From positions 1,027,220-1,091,219 of the forward strand of contig JAUHXU010000003.1 of assembly GCA_030426805.1 (NCBI GenBank): 64,000 bases of DNA, read 5' to 3'. Position 1 is the first letter of the stretch; each line of letters opens with the position of its first letter. The notes under the pieces were generated by a model that was not told the origin of the DNA, made no database searches, and saw only the letters and a list, made by a program, of their open reading frames with translations. The position numbers were made by a program, and so were the translations under genes. This stretch comes from a bacterium. GTDB taxonomy: Bacteria > Planctomycetota > JAFGQW01. Below, one piece after another: positions 43,277 to 53,748 of this stretch.

Positions 43277-44911
43277 GTGAGTGCAGCCGCAGAGTTACGT
43301 GTGAGCCAGTGTGTGTTCCCGGGGACGACGAGGTGTGATGTGCGAGAGAGAGTCGAGGGCTTGCGACTGTCCGGACTACTCGCTGTCGCGCTCGGCCTGT
43401 TGACGTTGTTCATGAAGGTGGCTGGTCTCGGTCGGGACATGGTGATCGCACGATGCTTCGGAGCGTCTGAGGAGACCGACGCTTTCTATCTCGTGTTTCC
43501 CATCGTATCCGCTCTGGGCCTGGGACTCTATGCTGCCGTCCCAAACGTATTCGTACCGGTCTTTCAGCGCGAGACGCGTGCGGGGATGGCGCAGTCCATC
43601 GCAGGCTGGCTGGGGCTGACTCTCCTCACGGCCATGCTGCTTCTTGCCGTTCTGGCCACATGCGCAGCTGACGCGAGCGCTGTCTTCCTCCTCGGTGAAA
43701 GTCGCGGTGCTGATGCCGTATCGATACTGCGGACGATGGCGTGGGCCTTGCCCTGGTTTTCGGTCACCGCCATCGTCGCGGCGCGCGCACGCGCGGTGGG
43801 TCGGCTGCTCGTGGTGCGGTCAGTCTCAGCCGCACTGCCGGTGGCTACGTTGGTTTTCGTAGCGGCCTGGCACGAGGCTCAAGGGATCGAAGCGGCGGCT
43901 CTCGGTGTGGTCGTTGGCGCGGCCACGCAGGCCGTTGTTTGCCTCGTTTGGGCGCACCGATGCGGGCTTGGCTTCTCATTTCATCGAGTGGATAGCCGCG
44001 CCCTGATGCGCGCGATCTTGAGCCTCATGTGCCTGGTGGGCTTGGGCTCGACCGGCGGCGTTGTCGGCGTCTGGGCGGAACGTCATGTGGCCGCTTGGTT
44101 GCCCGCAGGTGACGTGACGAGTGTGGGATATGCCCAACGTGTCGGGATGGTGCCTGTCGGACTTCTGACGGGCTCCATTGTTGCCATTACACTCTCCAAG
44201 CTACCGAGGCTCTGGGCAGGGAGCAGACTCGAGGACGTTCTTGAGATCGTGGGCGCCGCCACCAGAACTAGTGTTTTCGTCGTGTTGGCGTTTGCCGTGC
44301 CGGTCGCGGCTGCCGGTGGCTTGGTCTTTGAAGTGCTCTTTGCGAACGGCAACGTGAACGCGCCAGCACCGGAGGCGCTGTCGACTTTCTTCTTGCTGTG
44401 GATGCCGTTCTTGATCGCGACCGCCGTCCGAAGCGTGGTCGTGACGGCGCTACTGGCCCGGGGCGCTGTTCGCGCGATTACGTGGATTGGGCTGCTTCGA
44501 GTCGCTAGCGTCACTCTGATTGTGGCCCCCGTGACGAGTCTCTTGGGGTCAGTGGGATTTGTTGTAGGTCTGGGACTTGTCGAATTCCTCGTTACCGCGG
44601 TGACACTGCGCTGGTTGTGCCGTGCTATGCGCGCACCCATGTTCGCAACGCTGCGTCCTCTATTCTCGCTGCTCGCGCTGGGCCTCTTGGCGCTAGTTCC
44701 ATCATACGTACTGACCGCCAGTTGCGAAGCGCTCAGATTAGAAGGTCTCACAGTGTCGATCATCTCCGCGTGTCTTGCGCTCGCTACGTTCGTAGGTCTG
44801 TGCGCCGTGACGAAGGTCATGGTCACGCGCACCTCAGGAGACGGGCCGGGAACCCAAGCGAGCATGATGCCAATGGTCCGACGCTTACGGCGAATCAGAA
44901 AACGTCGTTAG
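43277..44911 (+). CDS. MurJ/MviN-like MOP-superfamily flippase
   Basis: LTLFMKVAGLGRDMVIARCFGASEETDAFYLVF resembles the MurJ N-terminus. The protein is polytopic. The start is uncertain (GTG 43277, GTG 43340 or TTG 43361). Confidence 0.75.
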   Translation: MSAAAELRVSQCVFPGTTRCDVRERVEGLRLSGLLAVALGLLTLFMKVAGLGRDMVIARCFGASEETDAFYLVFPIVSALGLGLYAAVPNVFVPVFQRETRAGMAQSIAGWLGLTLLTAMLLLAVLATCAADASAVFLLGESRGADAVSILRTMAWALPWFSVTAIVAARARAVGRLLVVRSVSAALPVATLVFVAAWHEAQGIEAAALGVVVGAATQAVVCLVWAHRCGLGFSFHRVDSRALMRAILSLMCLVGLGSTGGVVGVWAERHVAAWLPAGDVTSVGYAQRVGMVPVGLLTGSIVAITLSKLPRLWAGSRLEDVLEIVGAATRTSVFVVLAFAVPVAAAGGLVFEVLFANGNVNAPAPEALSTFFLLWMPFLIATAVRSVVVTALLARGAVRAITWIGLLRVASVTLIVAPVTSLLGSVGFVVGLGLVEFLVTAVTLRWLCRAMRAPMFATLRPLFSLLALGLLALVPSYVLTASCEALRLEGLTVSIISACLALATFVGLCAVTKVMVTRTSGDGPGTQASMMPMVRRLRRIRKRR

Positions 44912-46101
44912 GCCTCCCGCGAGGTCATGCGCTTGCGATGCGCATGACGAACCGCCTCTGCTATCGACGACACATAACGGGAAATGCCAGCTGAGTCGCG
45001 GACGTGTGCACGTCCCTGTCGGCCCATTGTCGAAAGATCGTACTTGCCATTAATAACATCGGCGATGCAGTTCGTGAGCCATGTCTCATACTCAGCATCC
45101 GGCGGGCGCTCATAGCGCAGCCCCGTACGCCCCGGGATGACGAGGTCGACTTCGCTACCGTCGCCTTGCCCACAAATCACGGGAGTGCCATGAGCGAGGG
45201 ACTCGCTGACTGCGAGGCCTCCGAGCCCGGGCAAGACAAAGACGTCGGCGGCTCGAAAATAGGAGCCGACTTGATCGTGCACGGCACCAAGAAACCTCAC
45301 CTCCCTGTTTTCGCGGTGGAGGCTTCGGTTTAGCACTTCAAGCCGCGGGCGGTCGGGGCCATCGCCGATAACGAGTAGCGTGGCGTGCCGGTCAGACGGC
45401 GCGCGAGCGAAGCAGCGGATCAGAAGGTCGACTTTCTTTTGTGGCTGTAGCGCGCCAACGAACAACAAGATAGGCGGAGTCAAGCCGGCCCGAAGCGCCT
45501 CACCGCGCTCCGCATACTCAGCGTCGTTTTCGTCTATCTCGTCCGTGTCAATGCAGTTGAGGGCCACAAAAATGTCGTTCGGATCGCATTCCGTCCGCTC
45601 GAAGTAGTGTCGCGCGACCGAGCTGTAGCCGAGCAAGGCGTCTGCTCGGCGCTCGAGCGTCGCTACCAGACGGCGGAAGAGCTTCCCCGGAAACGAATAG
45701 CGGCGGCCGGGTATTTCGCCGAGGCTCCACCAGACAATAGAATAGCCGAGCCGTGAGCGTAGGCGAAAGACAACGAGATTATTAAGGAGGTTGCTTCCGC
45801 CCTCGGCTAGTATCACGTCGGGCCGCAGCTGTTCCAATGTGCGGCCAAGCTCCGGCCAAAAGAGCAGGTGGGCCGCGTTCCCCGTAAGGCGGGTCGCGAC
45901 CACACGGGTTCGCATCTCGATTCGGCGGAAGCCTGTTGCAGACGTGGTGGATTGGAGCTTCGTGCCGGGCACGTCTTCACCGTGGAGGACGATCAACTCG
46001 AGTCCCGGGTGCTTGGCAAGTCGCTCAAAGACAGGAACACGCCATGCTTGGCAGACGCGATAGGTTACGACGACACGAAGAGCGTCTTTCGTGGTCGTCA
46101 T
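44908..46101 (-). CDS. GT4-family glycosyltransferase
   Basis: The ATG at 46101 has an ATGA overlap with the upstream acetyltransferase stop. LLFVGALQPQKKVDLL, VLPGLGGLAVSESLAHGTPVI. An alternative ATG lies at 46119. Confidence 0.8.
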   Translation of the reverse strand: MTTTKDALRVVVTYRVCQAWRVPVFERLAKHPGLELIVLHGEDVPGTKLQSTTSATGFRRIEMRTRVVATRLTGNAAHLLFWPELGRTLEQLRPDVILAEGGSNLLNNLVVFRLRSRLGYSIVWWSLGEIPGRRYSFPGKLFRRLVATLERRADALLGYSSVARHYFERTECDPNDIFVALNCIDTDEIDENDAEYAERGEALRAGLTPPILLFVGALQPQKKVDLLIRCFARAPSDRHATLLVIGDGPDRPRLEVLNRSLHRENREVRFLGAVHDQVGSYFRAADVFVLPGLGGLAVSESLAHGTPVICGQGDGSEVDLVIPGRTGLRYERPPDAEYETWLTNCIADVINGKYDLSTMGRQGRAHVRDSAGISRYVSSIAEAVRHAHRKRMTSREA

Positions 46102-46556
46102 GCCTCCCTCCCACGCCATGAGATTACTGACGCAGGCGTCCCGCCTACAATGGCACCCTCTTCCACGTTCCTTGTAACGACTGCGCCGGCAGCTACCACA
46201 GCGTGCGATGCGATGGTGATGCCGTGCATGATGATCGCGCCGTATCCAAGCCACACGTCGTCCCCGATGACTGTCGTGCGCAGCACGTCCCGGCCAGCGT
46301 CTCGAATTGTTGACGGGATACTCGGTATGCGGTGATCCCCACCAACAAATGCCACACGTGGGCCGATGAGAACGTCGTCCCCGATCTGGACGTTGGCCCC
46401 GAGCCAGCACTCGGGACCGACGTAACAGCGCCGCCCCAAGGCGATGTCATTCTTACGCGAGATGTGCACGCTGAGCGCAACGCGTGTCCCCGTGCCGAGC
46501 GATACGCTGTAAATCGGGACACGCGACAGGAGATGGGCGCGGAGGGTGCCGATCAT
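46098..46556 (-). CDS. Hexapeptide-repeat (LbH) acetyltransferase
   Basis: ATG at 46556 (MIGTLRAHLL). Hexapeptide repeats include IGDDVLIGPRVAFVGG and VIGDDVWLGYGAIIMHGITIASHAVVAAGAVV. Confidence 0.8.
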   Translation of the reverse strand: MIGTLRAHLLSRVPIYSVSLGTGTRVALSVHISRKNDIALGRRCYVGPECWLGANVQIGDDVLIGPRVAFVGGDHRIPSIPSTIRDAGRDVLRTTVIGDDVWLGYGAIIMHGITIASHAVVAAGAVVTRNVEEGAIVGGTPASVISWRGREA

Positions 46557-46704
46557 GAGCTGCGGGCTTCGCACGACTCGTCCTGGGTAGGGCGTAGGGT
46601 GGGTAGAGCGCGGTCGTCCGAGTCTATCGCGCCTTTGTCTTAAAGTCAACGTTCTGGTAGCATCATGAGAGCTTGTTGGTACGGTCCTGAGAGGTGCGCG
46701 CACC

Positions 46705-47637
46705 GTGAGAGAGATTTCGTTCAGGCCGATAATCCTCGTCGGCACAGCGCGATCGGGTACGACGATGTTGGCGACGCTCTTCAAGGAGCTCCCCGGGATC
46801 GCCGTATGGCATGAACCGCGGACGCTATGGAACTACGCGGATCCTTCGAGGCGGCACGATCGATTTCTCGAAGAGGATGCAGATTTGGGAGTGTGCAGCT
46901 ACATAAGGCGGCGCTTTGAGGGTTACGCGAGGAGCCGAAACGCGTCCGTCTTGTTCGAGAAGACGCCGGTGAATGTCCTTCGCGTGCCATACGTCGCCCG
47001 GATCTTCCCGGAGGCCACGTTCGTGCACGTGGTTCGCCATCCGTTGGCGGTCGCTGTGTCTGCGAGCAGGGTGTGGAGCTGGAAGCCGGGCATGGCACGG
47101 CTGGTCCGCCGGGTAAGGGAGACGCCGACAAGTCAGTTGCATCATTATTTTGAGCGGTTTGTTCGCGAGGTTCTGGTGGAACGCTTTGTGGGGGCGAGTC
47201 CGCGGCGAGTATGGGGTCTTCGGTATCCTGGGTACGAGGAGGATTTGGAGGCGGTTTCGACCGTCGCATTCGCGGGAATACAGTGGTTGCACGCGGTGGC
47301 CACCGCGAGGAATGATCTTCGCGACCTCGAAGGAGATCGAGTTATTGCACTCCGGTACGAGGATTTACTCGCGAGCCCGAGTGCGATCCTGACTGAACTC
47401 CTCGGTCGCCTGCGCATTGATGCGTCGGATGGGCAAGTGCGACGCGCAGCGGGGTTAATCCAGTCGAGTAGGGCTCAGCACTGGAGCCTCGCGCCGTCGG
47501 AGGATGCTAGGGAGATTCTGGCGCACGTTGAGGTGGAGGCCAAGCGATGGGGGTATTTGGAGGAGGGGGTTGGAGAGGCGACGGAGGGCGGTTTGCTGGG
47601 GAGCCGCCAGCTACCGCGGCGTGGAAAGCTCCGATAG
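46705..47637 (+). CDS. Sulfotransferase family protein
   Basis: PAPS-binding P-loop in IILVGTARSGTTMLATLF. RHPLAVAVS is present. The start is GTG. Confidence 0.75.
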   Translation: MREISFRPIILVGTARSGTTMLATLFKELPGIAVWHEPRTLWNYADPSRRHDRFLEEDADLGVCSYIRRRFEGYARSRNASVLFEKTPVNVLRVPYVARIFPEATFVHVVRHPLAVAVSASRVWSWKPGMARLVRRVRETPTSQLHHYFERFVREVLVERFVGASPRRVWGLRYPGYEEDLEAVSTVAFAGIQWLHAVATARNDLRDLEGDRVIALRYEDLLASPSAILTELLGRLRIDASDGQVRRAAGLIQSSRAQHWSLAPSEDAREILAHVEVEAKRWGYLEEGVGEATEGGLLGSRQLPRRGKLR

Positions 47638-50070
47638 GAGCTTCGCGGCGTCCGTCGAGTCAGGGTGAAGTCTAAGACAAACTTGTGCCTGGCGCTTGGC
47701 GTCGTCTCGTCGACCAAGTTTGACATAGATCCTTGCTAGGCGAAGTCGCCACATGATGTGGTCGTAGCGCGCGTCTATCGCACGGCGCAGGAATGTGACC
47801 GCTTGCGGTAAATCACCAGTCTTTGCGCTGAAGCGGGCGAGGCGTGAAAGCAGTTCGGGAGACAGGTTGGGGTTCGTCGCGTTCTGGCTTACGAGACGGG
47901 CGACGCGTGAGCGGAGCGCGCGGGCTGCGGACGCTGGACGCTCGGCGAGCGAAGGGTGTGCCTCGAGGTGAACCAGGAAATCCAATTCACTCCCGGCGAG
48001 CTCTATCGCGAGTTCTGGTTGTTCGGCCTGCATGAGAGCTGCAGTAATCGGCTCGAACAGGTCGCGGTCCAACGCCAAGGCGCGTCGAAACTGCGTCAAT
48101 GCCGCATCGCTCCGCCCTTCGGTCAGGTGTAGTAGGCCGGCGACCAGGCAAACGGATGGATGAAACGGCGCCAGAGTCACGGCCTTGCGAATCAAAGTCG
48201 GGCCGGTTTCGCGCTCGAGGACCAGCCACTCTAGTTGCCCGGCCACACAGTAGGCGGGGCCATAGGTTGGGCAAACGCGGCGAGCCTCATGTAGATCAGA
48301 CGCGATGCGGCCGACGGCAGATCGAGAGGCCGCGGCCTGGGAGAGGTCCGCGACGTTCAGGAGGGCCCCGCTCGTCATGGATCGCAGTCGAAAGAGAGCC
48401 AGCCAATAACGATAATGCACGTTCGCCGGCTCAAGCTGATGGGCGGCTTGGGCGGAGGCGAGGAGGTCCGTGCGACGTTCGTTATCTGCGTTCCAGTCGT
48501 GTCGGTCCATCCAGGACTGCTTGGCCACCGCACTGGCCATGCTGGCCTCAGCGGACCAGGCGCAGCGTGCCGACCAGAGACTCCATGCGTGCACCAGCGC
48601 GACCATTGTTGCGATGACTACTTGCAACACGGGCCTTCTCGTGGATGAACCAGTGACGAGCTTGCGGGGCCCGCGCGCGCCAACAATAGCGCCGCACAAG
48701 ACCGCAACGAGGCAGTGGTTGGCGGAGAGGTGGAACCCGAAGTCGCCCAGGCTATGCGTGAGGGTCGCCAACAACGCGAAAGCACCACCGTAGGCTAACG
48801 CAGCGGTGTGCGGCGGACCTGTAAGGGCGCGCGACCATGCAACCGCGACGATGAGTGCAGCCGCGCCGAACATGAGAAGCCCGGCGAGTCCTGTTTCTTC
48901 GGCCAGTTGAGCGTACTCGTTCTCGGCGTACGCGAACAAGTTCGGGCTCTTGATCCGTCCGAACATCGGATAAACCACTTCGTGAGTGCCAAGGCCAGCC
49001 CCCACGATGGGGAACTGTGTCCATGCCATCAAGACACCCTTCGCGATGCCCCAGCGGCCGAGGTAGGACGATGCGTCCGCCAGTGTAGTCAATCGGCCAT
49101 AGACCGCGTCGAAGCCGACAAGCAGGACACACGAGAATGCGGCCATGGCTAGGCCAATCATGACCCACGCAGGCCCTTGTATTCGGCGTCGTATTGCCAT
49201 GAGGAGAGTCACAGCAGTGCCAGCAAACAGGAGGGAGAGGACGCCCCCGCGACTCAACGACAGAAAGACGGAGGTGGCTTGCAGGAGGATTCCAACCGCG
49301 AGGAGCCAGATCAGTCGCGCATTCGGGCTCGTGAGCCAAGTCCAGACGCTTGCAAGCGTCTTGGGTAACCCGCGTAGCCCCTCTTCGAGTCTCAGGAACA
49401 ACAGTGCAAGTGAGCATCCGGCGGTCAGGTTCATCCACATGCAGAAGTTGTTGCGGTTCACAAATGAGCCGCCTCGGGTCACGCCGTCAGTAGATGTTGT
49501 GATGAGCCAGAAGATCTTCTCTGTGCCGGTAACCACCTGAGCGATACCGACAACAGCGAGGCCGATTCCGAGCGTGGAGACAACGGTTAGGAAGCGCGTG
49601 AGGGACGGGCGACGTCGAACGATGTTGGTGCCGGCTGCGAATGCGGCCGCGAATACCAGTAGGAGTCGCAAGTCGTGTTTGGTGGAATGCGGGTAGAACG
49701 AAATCGTCGTCGTGTGCAGCGGATCGATGTCCCCGATCAGTTCCTTCTTCAGCGCCACGGTGTTGGGTGAGATCAGCGCGATCCAGTTGCTGGGCATCGG
49801 GATGATCTGGATGACCGCGAAGAGGATGAAGAGGCCGAGGGGCACGTAGGCCCACGTCCAGACCGGTTTGGCGTCGCGGTCGAACATGAACTTGGCGGTG
49901 AGCACGAGTGCGATCGCTGCACCGAGGCAGACGACGACGAACTCGCTCCACGCCTCCACGACGCCCATCGCGAGTGGGGAGAAGATCAGGAGCGCGTAGA
50001 TCAGCCCCTCGAGGACGAGGTCGAACTTGTTGCGCGGCTGGAAGATCTCGTCGACGGTGACCCCGGACAT
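47611..50070 (-). CDS. O-antigen-ligase-like (Wzy_C) membrane protein with C-terminal TPR region
   Basis: LSLSRGGVL and AYAENEYAQLAEETGLAGLLMF are Wzy_C motifs. The C-terminal ~350 aa are TPR-like. GC rises from about 55% to 68% toward its 5' end. Confidence 0.8.
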   Translation of the reverse strand: MSGVTVDEIFQPRNKFDLVLEGLIYALLIFSPLAMGVVEAWSEFVVVCLGAAIALVLTAKFMFDRDAKPVWTWAYVPLGLFILFAVIQIIPMPSNWIALISPNTVALKKELIGDIDPLHTTTISFYPHSTKHDLRLLLVFAAAFAAGTNIVRRRPSLTRFLTVVSTLGIGLAVVGIAQVVTGTEKIFWLITTSTDGVTRGGSFVNRNNFCMWMNLTAGCSLALLFLRLEEGLRGLPKTLASVWTWLTSPNARLIWLLAVGILLQATSVFLSLSRGGVLSLLFAGTAVTLLMAIRRRIQGPAWVMIGLAMAAFSCVLLVGFDAVYGRLTTLADASSYLGRWGIAKGVLMAWTQFPIVGAGLGTHEVVYPMFGRIKSPNLFAYAENEYAQLAEETGLAGLLMFGAAALIVAVAWSRALTGPPHTAALAYGGAFALLATLTHSLGDFGFHLSANHCLVAVLCGAIVGARGPRKLVTGSSTRRPVLQVVIATMVALVHAWSLWSARCAWSAEASMASAVAKQSWMDRHDWNADNERRTDLLASAQAAHQLEPANVHYRYWLALFRLRSMTSGALLNVADLSQAAASRSAVGRIASDLHEARRVCPTYGPAYCVAGQLEWLVLERETGPTLIRKAVTLAPFHPSVCLVAGLLHLTEGRSDAALTQFRRALALDRDLFEPITAALMQAEQPELAIELAGSELDFLVHLEAHPSLAERPASAARALRSRVARLVSQNATNPNLSPELLSRLARFSAKTGDLPQAVTFLRRAIDARYDHIMWRLRLARIYVKLGRRDDAKRQAQVCLRLHPDSTDAAKLLSELSTPR

Positions 50071-50076
50071 CGGCGG

Positions 50077-52386
50077 CTAGTCCGCTTGGGTCCGGGACGC
50101 GCGGCGGCGCCGCGACGATCGGCTGCGCTCCGGCGCTCCTTCGGCACCCTCACGGTCGTAGCGACCGTACGAACCGTAGGAGCCGTAGGCGCCGTAGTTC
50201 GAGTAGTAGCCGTAGTAGCCCTGGCCGCCCTTTGTGCGCGGGACGTCGTTGACGATCGTGCCGAGGATGTCCACGCCGACGCCGACGAGGGCTTCGCGTG
50301 TCAATTCGGTGACCTTGCGCGCCGACTTCTCGGCGCGGAGCACGACGATCGTCGCGTCGCAGAGGCGGCCGAGGATGCGCGAGTCCGCGACCGGCATGAC
50401 CGGCGGCGAATCGACGATGATGCGGTCGAAGCGTGCGGACAGCACCTGGAGCAGTTCGGCGAACTCAGGGCGGTTGATCAGCTCGGCCGGGTTGTCGACC
50501 GGGCGCAGGCACGGCATCAGCTTCAGCTCGGTGATCTCGGTGTCGTACATCAGGTCGTCCACGATCGCGCGACCGGCGATGACGTCGGTGATCGAGACGC
50601 GGTCGCCCTTCTCCTCGACCGGCCACACCTTGTGCTGGCTCGGTCGGCGCATGTCGAGGTCGATGAGGAGCACCCTGCGGCCGACCTGCGCCATCGCGAT
50701 CGCGACGTTGCACGCCACGGTGGTCTTGCCGTCGTTGCCGGTGGGCGACGTAAACAGGATCGTCTTCGCGTTCGGCGCGTTGAAGTCGATTGCGGTGCGC
50801 ACGGTGCGATACGCCTCGGCCGAGAGCGACTCCGGGCTCAGGTGGACGCGGCGGCCTGCTAGCGACGCGTTCTTCACGTCCTTCATGTGCGGCAGCACGC
50901 CGAGGACGGGCGCGCCGATGACCGACGCCATCTCCTCGCTGGAGCGCAGGCGGTGGTCCAGCTGGTCTTTCAGGAGCGCCAAGCCCGCGCCGAGTAGCAG
51001 GCCGATCAACAGCGCGGCCGCCATGATGCGCGTCGGGCGCGGCGCGACCGGCTTCTCGGGGATCTCTGCCGCATCGAGGCGGATGATCGCCAGCGCGCCC
51101 GTTTTCTCGCTGACGTTCAGCGCTTGGATCTTCTCGGTGAGCAGATCGGAGTACTTCTGCGCCCGCTCCAGCCGCGACTCGATCTGCTCCAGCTCGGCGT
51201 TCTTCGACGTCGCGCCGATCGCCTGCTCGCGGTTCGCCGCGAGTTTGACGCCGAGTTCGGCGAGGTTTGCCTTGGCCTCGTCACGCGCCACTCGGGCACG
51301 CTGCAGCGCGGTCTCGAACGTCTCGTCGACGAAGCTCGCGACCTGCTCGCGGTGCTCCTTCTCGAGGCGCTCCGATTCGGTGCGGAGCCGCTCGACGCGT
51401 GCCCGCGCGGCGCGCACCGACAGTGAGTCGCCGGTGTATTGCTCCTTCAGGATCGCGAGGCGCCCCTCGGCGTCTTCGAGATCGAAGCGGTGCTCGCGCG
51501 CGACCCGACGGTACTCGCGACGCATCGCCTCGATGTAGGCGTTCGCGTCGGGCGGCAGGAACGCGGCCCGGCCGCTCACTGCGGACTTCGCGACGGCCGC
51601 TAGTTGCTGGTGTTCCGACTCGGCGACCGCGAGCGCCAGTTCCGCGTCCAGGTGTGCGCGATGGAGTCCCGCGAGGTTCGCGAGCGCGAGGTTTTCGCCG
51701 CGGCTCTCGAGCAGCAGCTCCCCGGACGCGATTTTCAGGTCCGTCCGCTTCTGCTCGTCTTTCTCGATCTGTGCGTCGGACTCGGTCTTCTTCTCTTCGA
51801 GGATCTTCAGCAGTTCGCGTGCGGTGGTCTGCTTCTTCTCGAGGTGATATGCGTGATACGCATCGACCACCTCGTTGACGATCAGCGCCGCGTCGTTCGG
51901 ATACGGCGACCGCGCCGACACGCTCAGGATTTCGTCTCGCTTGCCCACGTCGACGTTGAGGCAATCGATGCGCAGGTGCGCGACCGGGTTCATCACGTCG
52001 CGGAACTCGCGCATCTCGCTGACCGGCAACCGCTTCACCGCGTCCTCGAGGATCGGTCGCGAACGGAACAGCTCGGCCTGCGTGTAGAGGTAGTTCCGCG
52101 ACTGCGTCATCCCGATCCCGATGTCGCCGCTGAACGCGGTCGGGGTTTCCTTTTCGACGTAGATCCGCGACGTCGCCTCGAAGATCGGCGTCGCGGTCGC
52201 CAGGTACCACACCCCGGCCACGAGCGCCACGACCGTGCAGATCAACACGATCCAGCGCCCATGCCAAATCACCTGCAGCAGGTTGGGCCCGTCGAACTCG
52301 GCATGCTCCACGTTCGGCCGGTAGATCGGCAGCTCGCTCGCGCTCGCACCGTTCGTGTATTCAACCGGGGGGCGTTCAGACGACAT
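50077..52386 (-). CDS. Polysaccharide co-polymerase / tyrosine autokinase (Wzc/GumC-like)
   Basis: It has an N-terminal Wzz-like region, a coiled coil and Walker A in FTSPTGNDGKTTVACNVA. The Tyr-rich tail is GYYGYYSNYGAYGSYGSYGRY. Confidence 0.9.
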   Translation of the reverse strand: MSSERPPVEYTNGASASELPIYRPNVEHAEFDGPNLLQVIWHGRWIVLICTVVALVAGVWYLATATPIFEATSRIYVEKETPTAFSGDIGIGMTQSRNYLYTQAELFRSRPILEDAVKRLPVSEMREFRDVMNPVAHLRIDCLNVDVGKRDEILSVSARSPYPNDAALIVNEVVDAYHAYHLEKKQTTARELLKILEEKKTESDAQIEKDEQKRTDLKIASGELLLESRGENLALANLAGLHRAHLDAELALAVAESEHQQLAAVAKSAVSGRAAFLPPDANAYIEAMRREYRRVAREHRFDLEDAEGRLAILKEQYTGDSLSVRAARARVERLRTESERLEKEHREQVASFVDETFETALQRARVARDEAKANLAELGVKLAANREQAIGATSKNAELEQIESRLERAQKYSDLLTEKIQALNVSEKTGALAIIRLDAAEIPEKPVAPRPTRIMAAALLIGLLLGAGLALLKDQLDHRLRSSEEMASVIGAPVLGVLPHMKDVKNASLAGRRVHLSPESLSAEAYRTVRTAIDFNAPNAKTILFTSPTGNDGKTTVACNVAIAMAQVGRRVLLIDLDMRRPSQHKVWPVEEKGDRVSITDVIAGRAIVDDLMYDTEITELKLMPCLRPVDNPAELINRPEFAELLQVLSARFDRIIVDSPPVMPVADSRILGRLCDATIVVLRAEKSARKVTELTREALVGVGVDILGTIVNDVPRTKGGQGYYGYYSNYGAYGSYGSYGRYDREGAEGAPERSRSSRRRRASRTQAD

Positions 52387-53537
52387 CAGTTGTCCCCCAG
52401 GTCGTAGGTGGCGCCGAAGAAGAGGCCACCGCGGAACAGACCGGAGATCAGACGCCGTGCTTCGGTGCGCGGCGTGCGGGCCGCGTGCAAGATGTCGCCG
52501 TTGCGAATCTCGACGCCGGCCGCACGGGTCATGCCCTCGGGGCCGTAGATGTTGTAGGTGGCCATTACGATCTCGCCGGACGCGTCCTGGCGGTAGACCT
52601 GCACGTAGTGCGGGTCGGAGACCGGATCGATGCCGCCCGCGAAGCCCAGCGCATGCAGCAACGAGTACTTCGCACCCGGCGGATACGCGTAGGTCCCGGG
52701 CTTCGTCACGAGCCCGACGAACGTGAACACCTGCGGGTCGAGCCCGATCACCTCGACGGTTGCGCCGTCGGTGAGGGGAAGGTCGGTGAACGGCAGGTTC
52801 ACGCCGGTGACCGGAAGCACGACCGGCGGGATGCGCTCGTCCGACGCCGTGCCGCGGTTGCGCACGCGCACGGCCGATGCGCCACCGGTGATGATCCCGC
52901 CCGCGCGAACCTGCGTGCCACCGATCCCGCCGGCCTTCATCAGCGCGCCGACCAGCGAGCGCTCGCGGCTCGTCAGCGCGTAGATGCCGGGGTTCTCGAC
53001 CGCGCCCATCACGGTGACGTGAACCACACTGTATTCGGTAACCTCGGCCACGACCGACGGGCGGTGGACAACGTACTTCGGGTGATATGCCGCAACCGCT
53101 GCCTGTTCGATCTCGCCGAGGGTCTTGCCCGCGGCCGGAATCTCGCCGACGACCGGCAGGGTGATCGTGCCTTGCTGGGTCACCCGGCAGCGGTGTATCA
53201 ACGAGCGCCGATCCTGGCTGAATTGCCGCGAGTCATCCGCCTGCGGCGACAGCGCCCGGATCACGTCCGGCATGTCCAGCGACAGGACATCATCCGCCGC
53301 CACCCGATAGGGCCCCGTCTCCAGCTTCGCGCTGGTCAACGCCTCGATATCAATCGTCGGCGTGTACGGCCCCGCCGCCTCGAACCGGGCGAACTCCTCC
53401 GGCGTGGACACCTTGACGCTCGAGCAGCTCGCGAGGGCGAGGGCCAGCGCGGCGAGCCCGAGGCCACCCCGGTTGCGCACCGTGTGCCATCGGTGGGCAA
53501 TTGAGTCACTGGAAGTAAGCATGAACCTCAATTTCAT
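52386..53537 (-). CDS. Polysaccharide export outer-membrane lipoprotein (Wza-like, Poly_export + SLBB)
   Basis: Lipobox LALALASCSS. YRVAADDVLSLDM and SLBB-like repeats are present. A TGATG overlap links it to the Wzc-like gene. An alternative GTG start lies at 53552. Confidence 0.85.
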   Translation of the reverse strand: MKLRFMLTSSDSIAHRWHTVRNRGGLGLAALALALASCSSVKVSTPEEFARFEAAGPYTPTIDIEALTSAKLETGPYRVAADDVLSLDMPDVIRALSPQADDSRQFSQDRRSLIHRCRVTQQGTITLPVVGEIPAAGKTLGEIEQAAVAAYHPKYVVHRPSVVAEVTEYSVVHVTVMGAVENPGIYALTSRERSLVGALMKAGGIGGTQVRAGGIITGGASAVRVRNRGTASDERIPPVVLPVTGVNLPFTDLPLTDGATVEVIGLDPQVFTFVGLVTKPGTYAYPPGAKYSLLHALGFAGGIDPVSDPHYVQVYRQDASGEIVMATYNIYGPEGMTRAAGVEIRNGDILHAARTPRTEARRLISGLFRGGLFFGATYDLGDN

Positions 53538-53662
53538 GTGCTCTTTGCACACGGTTCGTCACCCGAGAGCGATTCGGGGCTGGATCGCTCGTATGTCGGC
53601 CGCACCACGACCGGAACCGGTCCCATCTTGTCCGTCTTACCGTTGAATCGCACCCAAACCGA

Positions 53663-53698
53663 AAGAGCGCGTGCGACCGGAGGTCACCACGCGCTCTT
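53663..53698 (-). terminator. Hairpin with perfect 11-bp stem downstream of the small ORF 53749-54039
   Basis: AAGAGCGCGTG (53663-53673) pairs with CACGCGCTCTT (53688-53698) across a 14-nt loop. On the minus strand it is followed by TTCGGTTTGGG. Confidence 0.45.
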
Positions 53699-53748
53699 CA
53701 TTCTCCCGGATTCACGCTGTCGAACGCAAACCCTTTTTCAGGCAGTCC

